In this document: positions 8,598-16,617 of the stretch, in pieces | How positions within the stretch are numbered: the first letter of the stretch is position 1 | How the letters are laid out: each line of letters starts with the position of its first letter | From: Desulfobulbus propionicus DSM 2032 | Lineage (GTDB): Bacteria; Desulfobacterota; Desulfobulbia; Desulfobulbales; Desulfobulbaceae | Assembly: GCF_000186885.1 (NCBI RefSeq) | Contig: NC_014972.1 | Coordinates: 1,440,001 to 1,472,000, forward strand | Reading direction: 5' to 3' | Length of the DNA stretch: 32,000 nucleotides | Translations under genes and position numbers: made by a program | The notes under the pieces: generated by a model | Database searches by the model: none | The model's input: only the letters and a program-made list of their open reading frames with translations | Told to the model about the DNA's origin: nothing

Positions 8598-9964
8598 AGG
8601 CACCAGAACAGGCAGAGCCGAAGGTGCCCTGGACCCACATCGGACAAGGCGTACACCTCGATCATCCCCAGACGGTCATGGAACTGGGTGTGCCCGACAG
8701 CCATCGCAAGGGCCATTTTTGGTGTTTCGGTACCACCCGGGTCGGAAAGACCCGGATTATGGAGCACATCATCGAGCAGGATATCTGCAAGGGGTATTCG
8801 GTGGTGGCCATCGACCCTAAGGGCGATATCGATCTGTTCTCCAAGATCACCCAACTGGCCCATGAGACCGACCGGCTCGACGATCTGATGCTGATCACCC
8901 CGATCTTCCCCCAGTACAGCGCCATCCTTGACCCCTTGTCGTCCTACTACATGCCCGAGGAACTGGTGGCCCATATCACCGCCGGGGTGGCCATCGGCCG
9001 AGAACCGTATTTCTTCGGGGTGGCCTACGAGGTCAGCCTGGTGGTGGTCCAGGCCCTGATCATGCTGGCCGAGCAAGCCGGAACAAAGCCTTCCTTCAAC
9101 CTCAATGACATCAAGAACCACATCAGCCATCAGGATCTGGAGCAGCTCAAGGAGAAGATCGACTACATTGACAGCCCGGAGGCCAAGCAGCTCTCCCTGG
9201 ACATCCAGAAGATCCTCTCGACTCCGGCGGACTACTACTCCAAGGTGGCCAGCTCGCTGCGGGTGGCGCTCACCGAGCTGACCTCGGGTAATGTTGGCAA
9301 GATCATCGGAAAAGCTGACGAGAACCGCTTCATCCAACGGCTGGAAGAAGGCAAGGGCATCATCCTCGTGGTGCAGTTGGGATCACTGTTGACCAAGCGG
9401 GCCGCCTATACCGCCGGTAAGGTGATCATCTCCATGATCCAGGCCTTTGTCGGTCGAGTCTATTCCTCAGGCAGAGATGTAACGCCCTCGCTGGTGTTGC
9501 ATATCGACGAGGCCCAGTCCGTCCTCTACCAGGGGATCGAGGACCTCTTTGCCAAGGCCGGCGGGGCCGGGGTGTTCATCCACGGCTACTGTCAATCGAT
9601 CAGCCAGTTGTATGCCGAGGTGGGTGAAGATCGAGCCAACACCATCCTCGACAACTGCAACACCAAGCTGTTCATGCGGGTGCCGGATCCCAGCACCGCC
9701 AATTACGTCTCCGAACACCTGGGCGAAGAGAAACGGTTTTCTCCCATCATTTCCCTGGGAGGCAACGTCTCCATCCGCGAGACTGAAGAGGTACGGATTA
9801 AGCCGAGCGAAATCCTCAAGATGAAACCCCGCGAACTTTTTCTCATTACCTACTCCGGCACCTACAAAGGGGTGACCGCCACGGTTGAGGAGGGCAGGCT
9901 CAAGGTGGTCTTTCCGGATCTGGCCGGAGAGACCATCATCAAAAAACAAACCAAGAGCGGTTGA
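8594..9964 (+). CDS. traD: TraD/TraG-like conjugative coupling ATPase (type IV coupling protein)
   Basis: Walker A GTTRVGKT followed by VVAIDPKGDIDLF, Walker B LVLHIDEAQ, and a TraD-like C-terminal region. The GTTRVGKTR...DPKGD signature is typical of TraD proteins of SXT/PFGI-1-type ICEs. Confidence 0.88.
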   Translation: MKAPEQAEPKVPWTHIGQGVHLDHPQTVMELGVPDSHRKGHFWCFGTTRVGKTRIMEHIIEQDICKGYSVVAIDPKGDIDLFSKITQLAHETDRLDDLMLITPIFPQYSAILDPLSSYYMPEELVAHITAGVAIGREPYFFGVAYEVSLVVVQALIMLAEQAGTKPSFNLNDIKNHISHQDLEQLKEKIDYIDSPEAKQLSLDIQKILSTPADYYSKVASSLRVALTELTSGNVGKIIGKADENRFIQRLEEGKGIILVVQLGSLLTKRAAYTAGKVIISMIQAFVGRVYSSGRDVTPSLVLHIDEAQSVLYQGIEDLFAKAGGAGVFIHGYCQSISQLYAEVGEDRANTILDNCNTKLFMRVPDPSTANYVSEHLGEEKRFSPIISLGGNVSIRETEEVRIKPSEILKMKPRELFLITYSGTYKGVTATVEEGRLKVVFPDLAGETIIKKQTKSG

Positions 9965-10188
9965 TGCTGAGCATCTGGCCGACGATCATCCTGGGGGTGG
10001 CTTTGGTGCTGGTTGGCGTTGCCGGCATACTGGTGCTGCGGGGTGAGGAGCAGGACGCCCCCTCGTTCCTTGAACAGATGACGCTGAGCGCCCTCTCGCA
10101 GCGGTGGGTCAGGCCCAGATCATCTACCCGGATAGAGGGGGTGAAGCATATCTCGGAGCGGCCCGCCTCTGGCGGAACGAGCAGGTGA
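9964..10188 (+). CDS. Small single-TM protein, or frameshifted N-terminus of the downstream HD protein
   Basis: MLSIWPTIILGVALVLVGVAGILVLRGEEQD..., TM helix. The stop of the TraD-like gene overlaps its ATG by one nucleotide, and it overlaps the following ORF by 85 nt. Confidence 0.5.
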   Translation: MLSIWPTIILGVALVLVGVAGILVLRGEEQDAPSFLEQMTLSALSQRWVRPRSSTRIEGVKHISERPASGGTSR

Positions 10189-11384
10189 TTGCCGAAGGCG
10201 TCGAGAAGTTTGAACTCGTGCATCCACGCGCTCAGTCCTTTGCCAGCCAGTTGCGGGCCTGGTCCTTTTTCAACCAGGCACCCGGGCAGCGTGCGGTCTG
10301 TTTGGAGGTTGTTCGCCTGCTTGACCGTGAAGGGCAGTGCCCTTCGGTGGTCGATGTCCAGGGCGATGTGGAAGCCGCCTGGGAACAGAACACCTATCGA
10401 ATCCTGGCTAAGACCACGCTGATTGAACATTCCCTCAACGTGGCCGAACAAGTGGTCAAACTGCTCTCCGACAATCAGGCCTGGCATGTGATCCCGGATA
10501 CCATGGTGGCCGCCTTGGGACATGACCTGGGTAAGCTCAAATCAGCGCGGGGTTCGCTCTATGCCCTGGGCGAGCATCCCCTGGCCGCCGGCGCCATCAT
10601 TTCCGCCATCCCTGGGTTCAAGGAACTCTCCCGCAAGGAGGACATCCTCCGGGCCATCAAGATGCACCACAAGATGCCCGAGGGGTTACTGGGCAAGACC
10701 CTCAAGAAGGCTGATCAGCAGGCCCGGCAGCAGGAACTGGAACGGTGGGTGGGAGTGGAGGCAACCGAGGAAATCAAGGAGTCGCACGAAGAGGAAGCGA
10801 AAGAGAAGCCACTACAACCGTCATCCCGGGAAGCGGTGCAACGGGTGCAGGCTGATATCTATGGGGAAACCATCGATTCCACGTCAAGCCGGGAAGAGAT
10901 CGCACCGCCTCAGCGGATGGACATCTCCAGTTGGTTCGATGCCGCTGGATTTTTGGCCATGCTCAAGCCCTACATCAACCGGATTGAGGGTCGGCGCTTT
11001 CTGGCCTTCTCCATGACCGATGGATTGGTCTATTTCCAGGTCAAGGTCTTGGAAGAGGTGGCCCGCAAGCAGGCTCAAGATGCCGGCTGCATGGAGATCG
11101 CCACCATGGCCCAGGATGATCCCACCATGCGCCAGGTGCTGTTCAGTGTTGTGCAGCAGTTGCGCCAGCAGCATGAAGTGATTGCCACCCATTTGATCAA
11201 GGCGACCTATTTCGGCGGCTACTTTCTGGTGACCAGGAAGTTCAACACGAAGATGCGAGGATACTATACCCCCTTCCATGCCGAGGCCTTTGGCTCCATC
11301 GCCGAGATGGAACGGGCCAAGCCGGATCTGCTTCGCGACATCCTCAGTGTCAGTCCCTATACCGGCAGTGAACAGGTGAGCTGA
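10104..11384 (+). CDS. HD-domain protein resembling MOBH (TraI_2-type) relaxases
   Basis: LIEHSLNVAEQ...VAALGHDLGKL...EHPLAAGAII...MHHKMPEG HD metal-binding signatures. A C-terminal region with FLAMLKPYI... resembles the C-terminal domain of MOBH relaxases. Located directly after the coupling ATPase. GTG start. Confidence 0.7.
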   Translation: MGQAQIIYPDRGGEAYLGAARLWRNEQVIAEGVEKFELVHPRAQSFASQLRAWSFFNQAPGQRAVCLEVVRLLDREGQCPSVVDVQGDVEAAWEQNTYRILAKTTLIEHSLNVAEQVVKLLSDNQAWHVIPDTMVAALGHDLGKLKSARGSLYALGEHPLAAGAIISAIPGFKELSRKEDILRAIKMHHKMPEGLLGKTLKKADQQARQQELERWVGVEATEEIKESHEEEAKEKPLQPSSREAVQRVQADIYGETIDSTSSREEIAPPQRMDISSWFDAAGFLAMLKPYINRIEGRRFLAFSMTDGLVYFQVKVLEEVARKQAQDAGCMEIATMAQDDPTMRQVLFSVVQQLRQQHEVIATHLIKATYFGGYFLVTRKFNTKMRGYYTPFHAEAFGSIAEMERAKPDLLRDILSVSPYTGSEQVS

Positions 11385-12100
11385 TGGCCAAGGAACGGGA
11401 AGCCAAAGGGGCAAACGACACCAATGCCCAGATTATTACCACCGAGGGAGGCCGGATCTACAAGCCGGTCAACCTGCTCAGCGCCATATCCGAGATCCAG
11501 CAGTTCTATGTGATCGAGAGCAAGGGGCAGAATATTCCGGCCGAGTTCCTGACATTGGAGCGGACCATCGATTTTTTCAAGATCGGCTTGAAGAGCGGGT
11601 TCAACGAGGGCATTGCCCTGGTATTGCTGTTCCCGGTGTTCCACTTCTACCTCTTTCCCTTTGTCTTTCTCCACCTCGACTGGTTCAGCCATCTGCTCTT
11701 TGGTTGCATCCCCTATCTGCCCCTGATCATCAACACTCTCATGTGCAGCTACATCAGCCGCTACTTTGTCGGCAACATCACCCGCAAGGCGGTCAACTCG
11801 CTGCTTTCCGGCCGGGCGCTCTCCCTGCTGCTTAAGGCCTTTGTGGTTTATGTCATCTATTTGGTGCTGTTCCGGTTGAGCACCCCGGAGAACATTGGTC
11901 AGCTGGCTAGCCAGTTCGGCGCAAAAGCTCACGAAATCTATCACGGCTTCTTTGCCATCAAGCCGCATCTGGTGCCCCTGGCCACCAAGAGCAGCCTGCT
12001 CATGGTGCTGGCGGTGGTGTTTCCTTACGGATCGGTCTATCTGCTTGACTGCTGGCATCGCCACCGGATCAAGCGCAACATCCAACGTATTTCTGCCTAA
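11384..12100 (+). CDS. Multi-TM membrane protein of unknown function
   Basis: Several hydrophobic helices (IALVLLFPVFHFYLFPFVFLHLDW, LLLKAFVVYVIYLVLF, LLMVLAVVFPYGSVYLL). Start overlaps the previous stop. Confidence 0.75.
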   Translation: MAKEREAKGANDTNAQIITTEGGRIYKPVNLLSAISEIQQFYVIESKGQNIPAEFLTLERTIDFFKIGLKSGFNEGIALVLLFPVFHFYLFPFVFLHLDWFSHLLFGCIPYLPLIINTLMCSYISRYFVGNITRKAVNSLLSGRALSLLLKAFVVYVIYLVLFRLSTPENIGQLASQFGAKAHEIYHGFFAIKPHLVPLATKSSLLMVLAVVFPYGSVYLLDCWHRHRIKRNIQRISA

Positions 12101-12120
12101 ACAGCAGCGGAGGTTCAACC

Positions 12121-12522
12121 ATGGAACACGAAGAAAAAAAACAACGTCCCTCTTGGCAGGAGATTGAAGAGAGGAAAATCAATCTGGTGAAGGAAAAGGG
12201 CTCACGGGTCATGCGAGTCAACTCGCCGATTGGTTCGACCATGTTCAGTATCCTGCGGCAGTTTGACATGGCCTATGCCAATTTCAAGGGCCGGCTGGGA
12301 GAGATGGGCGGCATCACCTATGAAGAAGGGGCTGCCTTGATGGAAGAAGGGCGAGAGATCGTGATGGCCTTCTCTGATTTCACCGCACGGCTCAGCCGAA
12401 GGGTCAATTTCCGCTACTATGCCCCCAATGAAATCAAAGACTATCTGGAGTTACTCAAAGCTCAGGAGAAGAGCGAAGAGGCTTCGCGTGACGCAGAGGG
12501 GGCGGTTTCGGCCGAGTCATGA
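12121..12522 (+). CDS. Hypothetical protein, last gene of the mobilisation-like operon
   Basis: 133 aa charged ORF with a good SD (GCGGAGG), co-directional, 20 nt after the previous stop. Confidence 0.65.
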   Translation: MEHEEKKQRPSWQEIEERKINLVKEKGSRVMRVNSPIGSTMFSILRQFDMAYANFKGRLGEMGGITYEEGAALMEEGREIVMAFSDFTARLSRRVNFRYYAPNEIKDYLELLKAQEKSEEASRDAEGAVSAES

Positions 12523-12618
12523 CCCACCAAGGCAATTGCACCTTGCCTTGGTGGGCAAGGTCTGCTATCTCGCAAGCCATGAAACGGTTTTTCCAATTCC
12601 CCTCTACATGGAGCAGTC

Positions 12619-12903
12619 ATGAACAAAACCGAATTGATTGATAAGGTCGCCAAAGAAAGCGCCTTGAGTAAATCAGCCGCCGAACAGGTGGTGAACAGCG
12701 TCTTCTCAGCCATCGCAGAGGCGATGAAGACCGGCGACAAGGTGACTCTGGCCGGATTTGGCACCTTCTCCACTGCTGACCGAGCCGCCCGTGAAGGACG
12801 AAATCCGCAATCGGGAGAAAAGATTGCTATTCCAGCTAAAAAGGCAGTGAAATTTAAACCTGGTTCGAAGCTTGTTGATGTTATTCAATGCCCAGAGAAT
12901 TGA
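12619..12903 (+). CDS. HU/IHF family DNA-binding protein
   Basis: 94 aa MNKTELIDKVAKESALSKSAAEQVVNSVFSAIAEAMKTGDKVTLAGFGTFSTADRAAREGRNPQSGEKIAIPAKKAVKFKPGSKL, canonical HU fold motifs. Confidence 0.96.
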   Translation: MNKTELIDKVAKESALSKSAAEQVVNSVFSAIAEAMKTGDKVTLAGFGTFSTADRAAREGRNPQSGEKIAIPAKKAVKFKPGSKLVDVIQCPEN

Positions 12904-13933
12904 TTCGGTCAACAGCTTTCAATTTATGTTCGTTGAGAAGGTGGGTGTAGCGTAAAACCATCTGTAAGGTGCTGTGTCCGAGTATCGCTGCCAAGGTTCT
13001 GATATCGGTGCCTGCCATGAGCATCTGGCTAGCAGCAGTATGGCGAAGGTCATGCATGTGCAAGAGTGGCAACTTTGCACGTTCCCTGGCTCTGTCAAAT
13101 GAAGGTCTGAACCTTGAAGATGGAATGTTTTGGGCGTGCTGGCTTTTTCCTTCTCCTTTGAGAAAGACGAATTCATTGTCAAAGGCAGTTTTTTTCAGAT
13201 CTTCAAGGGCTGTAATAACAGTTTTTGTTAAAGGGACGGTTCTTGGTTCATTTTTCGTAATATAGAGGGTCAGGGAGCGTCTATCGAAATCAATCTGGTG
13301 CCATTTCAATCCGGCAGCTTCACTTGGGCGCATCGCCGTGTGGAGCAGGATCAACACGTAAGGATACAGCCTTTTATTGCGACTAGCCTTGCATTCTTTG
13401 AGCAAACGTACAGCTTCATCTTCTTTGAGAAAGAAAATCCTCCCTTTGGGAACCTTTGGGCGTTCAATCGATTTGACAGGATTTTCAATAGGTAGTTCCC
13501 ATTCTTTGCAGGCTTTGATGAAAAGGTGAGAAAGAAGAGCCAATTCCAACCGCACCGCATACGCAGATACTGATTTTAAACGTTGGTCCCGATATTTTGC
13601 GACGACGGATGGTGTGATATCGGGTAATAAAGTGTTCCTGCCAAATTTTTCTTTCAGAAGTTTTGCTATTCTTCTTTCCCGTTCCTGGGTTGTCAGGGCT
13701 TTTTGGGAAGTAACTGTTTCCAGATAGCGGTCAAAGGCCTCGTCAAGCGTACGATGAGCACGGCGCGGGTCTTTGAACCGCTGGTTTTTCATCTCCGCTT
13801 CCATTTCTGCTGCCCAGATACGTGCCTCTCCTTTTGTGTCGAACGTCCTGCTTATCGACTCGTATCCCTTGACGCGAACAGTAATGGTGTATGTCGTTTT
13901 CTTTTTCCCTTTTCTTGTGAGGATTCGAGCCAT
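12881..13933 (-). CDS. Tyrosine recombinase (phage-type integrase) of a tRNA-Leu-associated integrative element
   Basis: N-terminal SAM-like domain; catalytic signatures LLHTAMRPSEAAGLKW, HDLRHTAASQMLMAGTDIRTLAAILGHSTLQMVLRYTHL. Start chosen at MARILTRKGKKK. Adjacent to the tRNA 3' end. Confidence 0.93.
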   Translation of the reverse strand: MARILTRKGKKKTTYTITVRVKGYESISRTFDTKGEARIWAAEMEAEMKNQRFKDPRRAHRTLDEAFDRYLETVTSQKALTTQERERRIAKLLKEKFGRNTLLPDITPSVVAKYRDQRLKSVSAYAVRLELALLSHLFIKACKEWELPIENPVKSIERPKVPKGRIFFLKEDEAVRLLKECKASRNKRLYPYVLILLHTAMRPSEAAGLKWHQIDFDRRSLTLYITKNEPRTVPLTKTVITALEDLKKTAFDNEFVFLKGEGKSQHAQNIPSSRFRPSFDRARERAKLPLLHMHDLRHTAASQMLMAGTDIRTLAAILGHSTLQMVLRYTHLLNEHKLKAVDRINSLGIE

Positions 13934-14050
13934 TTTGCCACCCTCGTTTTTGTTCCATTTTTGTTCCACTTCTTTCGTCAAAATATAGCAAAAGAGAGCA
14001 CGAGAAAGCAAAAGGAATTTGTAAAGGAGGGGAGGGGAGGGGAGAAGAAA

Positions 14051-14087
14051 AGGGCTAACATCTCTCTATTTTCGAGATGTTAGCCCT
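14051..14087 (-). terminator. Strong hairpin terminator downstream of tRNA-Leu
   Basis: Perfect 14-bp stem agggctaacatctc (14051-14064) / gagatgttagccct (14074-14087), 9-nt loop, followed on the minus strand by TTTTCTT. Confidence 0.85.
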
Positions 14088-14097
14088 TATTTTCTTT

Positions 14098-14183
14098 TGG
14101 TACCCGGAACGAGAATCGAACTCGTACAGCCAAAGGCCGAGGGATTTTAAGTCCCTTGCGTCTACCAGTTCCGCCATCCGGGC
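14098..14183 (-). tRNA. tRNA-Leu (anticodon UAA), CCA encoded
   Basis: Minus strand GCCCGGATGGCGGAACTGGTAGACGCAAGGGACTTAAAATCCCTCGGCCTTTGGCTGTACGAGTTCGATTCTCGTTCCGGGTACCA. 7-bp acceptor stem (with G-U), anticodon TAA, long variable arm, TTCGATTC T-loop. Confidence 0.97.
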
Positions 14184-14194
14184 AGGATGGGGAT

Positions 14195-14223
14195 TTTATA
14201 CACTCCTCCGGTCGGTTTGTCAA
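14195..14223 (-). promoter_or_regulatory. Near-consensus sigma70 promoter for tRNA-Leu
   Basis: Minus strand TTGACA (14218-14223), exactly 17-nt spacer, TATAAA (14195-14200), with the tRNA 5' end 11 nt downstream of the -10. Confidence 0.85.
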
Positions 14224-14334
14224 ACGGAGAAGCTTTTGAAGTTCCGGCAGGTTAACAGTGGCGTTTGGCTTTGCGGGTATGCTATGATGCCGCGATGTTT
14301 CTCGGGGTTTCCATTACGATCATCCATAAAGAGC

Positions 14335-15321
14335 ATGCGCAAAGTCATCATTATAACAGTGGCCTTTATCTTGTTGGTTCTCATCGGAACCTTCGGCTAC
14401 ATGATTCTCGAGAACACCGGGTTTTGGATGGGCATGTATCTGACCATCATCACCGTGTTCACCGTGGGCTACGGCGACATCGTGCCCATTCATCCCTCGG
14501 GACGCATTTTCACCGTCTTTCTGGTGATCACCAGCGTCGCCTTTGTTTTTTATACCTTCACCAAGATCACCGAGACGATGATCGAGGGCGAGCTGCGCGG
14601 TTTGTACAAGAGGAGAAAGATGAACAAAGAGATCGCCCGGTTGCGGGACCATTACATTATCTGCGGCTTTGGTCGGATCGGCAAGGAAATCTGCAGGATT
14701 CTCCAGGAGCACCACCGTCCTTTCCTGGTGATTGAAAAGGACGAGGAGGAAATCAGAACCCTGGAGGAGTTGGGCTATCTGCGCTTGCAGGGGGACGCCG
14801 CCGACGACGAGGTACTGCAGACCGCCGGCATCGAGCGCGCCAAAGGGCTGGTGTCGGTGGTGGCCTCCGATGCCGACAACCTCTACATCACCCTCACTGC
14901 CCGCGGTTTGAACCCGGTTCTGTATATCATGGCCCGTTCCAGCGGCGGCCCCGGTGTGCAGATCAAACTCAAGCGGGCTGGAGCCTCGAAGGTGATTTCG
15001 CCCTATTCGATCGGCGCCCGCCGCATGGCCCATCTCATTGTCCGGCCAACGGTCGCCGATTTCATCGACCTGACCATGCGGGCCGGCGAACTCGATCTGA
15101 TCATGGAGGAATTGCAGGTCGGCCCCGCGTCGCATCTCAGCGGCAAGAACCTGATCGAGTCCGAGATCCGCAAGAAGTACGACGTGATCGTGGTGGCGAT
15201 CAAACGTCAGGATGGAAGCATGCTGTTCAATCCCAAGCCCGACTCGGTGATCATGGCCGGCGATATCCTCATCGTCCTGGGCGCCAGCGAGCACATCCTC
15301 GGCTTGGGTAAGGAGATGTGA
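14335..15321 (+). CDS. RCK/TrkA-domain two-TM potassium channel protein
   Basis: Selectivity filter TVGYGD between two TM helices, then TrkA-N (HYIICGFGRIGKEICRIL) and TrkA-C-like domains. Confidence 0.93.
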   Translation: MRKVIIITVAFILLVLIGTFGYMILENTGFWMGMYLTIITVFTVGYGDIVPIHPSGRIFTVFLVITSVAFVFYTFTKITETMIEGELRGLYKRRKMNKEIARLRDHYIICGFGRIGKEICRILQEHHRPFLVIEKDEEEIRTLEELGYLRLQGDAADDEVLQTAGIERAKGLVSVVASDADNLYITLTARGLNPVLYIMARSSGGPGVQIKLKRAGASKVISPYSIGARRMAHLIVRPTVADFIDLTMRAGELDLIMEELQVGPASHLSGKNLIESEIRKKYDVIVVAIKRQDGSMLFNPKPDSVIMAGDILIVLGASEHILGLGKEM

Positions 15322-15432
15322 ACGCCGCGACCAGTCAGCTTCTCATTCCAATTCGCGTTCAGTTGTCATGTATCCTCGGGCGGGCACGATTTTTGGGCGT
15401 ACCCGCCCTTGTATCTTGAAGGCAAAGACGAA

Positions 15433-16617
15433 TCAGACCGAACGAACGATGGTCAGCATCTCCCGCACCGCATTTTCCAGCCCGACCAGCACCGCGCGGC
15501 TGATCACCGCATGGCCGATGCTCAACTCCTCGATATAGGGCAGGGCGGCGATGGGGTGGGTGTTGCGGTAGTCGAGCCCATGACCGGCGTTGACCCGCAG
15601 ACCTGACTCATAAGCCAGTTCCGCGGTCTGCTCGATCAGCCGGAACTGCTGTTCCTGCTCTTCCATGGTCCGAGCCTCGCAGTAGCGGCCGGTGTGCAGT
15701 TCGACAAAGGTGGCGCCCACATCGAGCGCCGCCTGCACCTGGGCCGCATCCGCATCGACAAACAGCGACACCGGTATCCCCGCCTTGCGCATCTTGTCGA
15801 TGGTCTTGGTCAGTTTCTTGGCATTGGCCAGCACATCCAGACCACCTTCGGTGGTCAGCTCCTTGCGCTTCTCGGGCACCAGGGTAACCATGTCCGGCAC
15901 CACTTCCACGGCAATATCGACAATTTCAGGAACATTGGCCATCTCCAGATTGAGCTTGGTCTTGACCGTTTGGCGCAGCAACCGCACATCGCGGTCCTGA
16001 ATATGGCGCCGATCCTCGCGCAGGTGAACGACGATGCCGTCGGCCCCGGCCAGTTCGCAGAGCGAGGCGGCCAGCACCGGGTCGGGTTCCTGGCCGCCGC
16101 GCGCCTGGCGGATGGTGGCCACATGGTCAACATTGATGGCGAGAAAGGGCATGGCTGTACTCCTTGTAGTTTGAAGCTGCTGAAACAACTCTTGTTCGTA
16201 ATCCCACATGCGCACCGCTTCCTCTTCCGAGCGCTCGTGGTCGTAGCCGATCAGGTGTAGCATGCCGTGGATGATCAGCTGGGTCAGCCGGTGGTGCAGG
16301 CTGTGGCCTTGCTGGCCGGCCTCGCGGCGGGCGGTGTCCACCGAGATGAGGATGTCGCCCAGTTCGTTTTCCGGGGCGACGAATCCTTCCCCACCCTCGG
16401 CGGCGGGAAAGGAGAGCACGTTGGTGGGCCCATTTTTCCGGCGATACTGCTCGTTGTAGGCCGCCATTTCCGCATCGCCGAGAAAGACGACGCTGACGTC
16501 GGCCCCTTCCAGCTTGAGCAGGCGCGCAAGATGCTCGGAGCGCAGCTGCAGCAGACGGCGGTTGAGGGAATAATGGGCGATATCGTTGCTGAAACTGCAA
16601 TGAACGGCCATGGTCAA
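15433..16617 (-). CDS. ybeY-pdxJ: In-frame YbeY (endoribonuclease, about 16153-16617) / PdxJ (pyridoxine 5'-phosphate synthase, about 15433-16152) fusion or read-through ORF
   Basis: YbeY motif [12 protein letters not shown] followed without a stop by the PdxJ start [25 protein letters not shown]. Internal SD AAGGAG 7 nt before the PdxJ ATG (16152). Confidence 0.93.
   Translation of the reverse strand: MTMAVHCSFSNDIAHYSLNRRLLQLRSEHLARLLKLEGADVSVVFLGDAEMAAYNEQYRRKNGPTNVLSFPAAEGGEGFVAPENELGDILISVDTARREAGQQGHSLHHRLTQLIIHGMLHLIGYDHERSEEEAVRMWDYEQELFQQLQTTRSTAMPFLAINVDHVATIRQARGGQEPDPVLAASLCELAGADGIVVHLREDRRHIQDRDVRLLRQTVKTKLNLEMANVPEIVDIAVEVVPDMVTLVPEKRKELTTEGGLDVLANAKKLTKTIDKMRKAGIPVSLFVDADAAQVQAALDVGATFVELHTGRYCEARTMEEQEQQFRLIEQTAELAYESGLRVNAGHGLDYRNTHPIAALPYIEELSIGHAVISRAVLVGLENAVREMLTIVRSV

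Noticed and set aside
8477-9337. 286-aa minus-strand ORF opposite the TraD-like gene
   Set aside because: Overlaps the convincing Walker A/B-containing CDS and carries no family signature.
14051-14087. The 14-bp inverted repeat beside the integrase as an att or transposon inverted terminal repeat
   Set aside because: Its 9-nt loop, T-rich 3' flank and position just after the tRNA 3' end are better explained as a transcription terminator.
14320-15294. 324-aa minus-strand ORF opposite the K+ channel gene
   Set aside because: Same antisense-shadow effect; composition rich in H/G/D with no recognisable motif.
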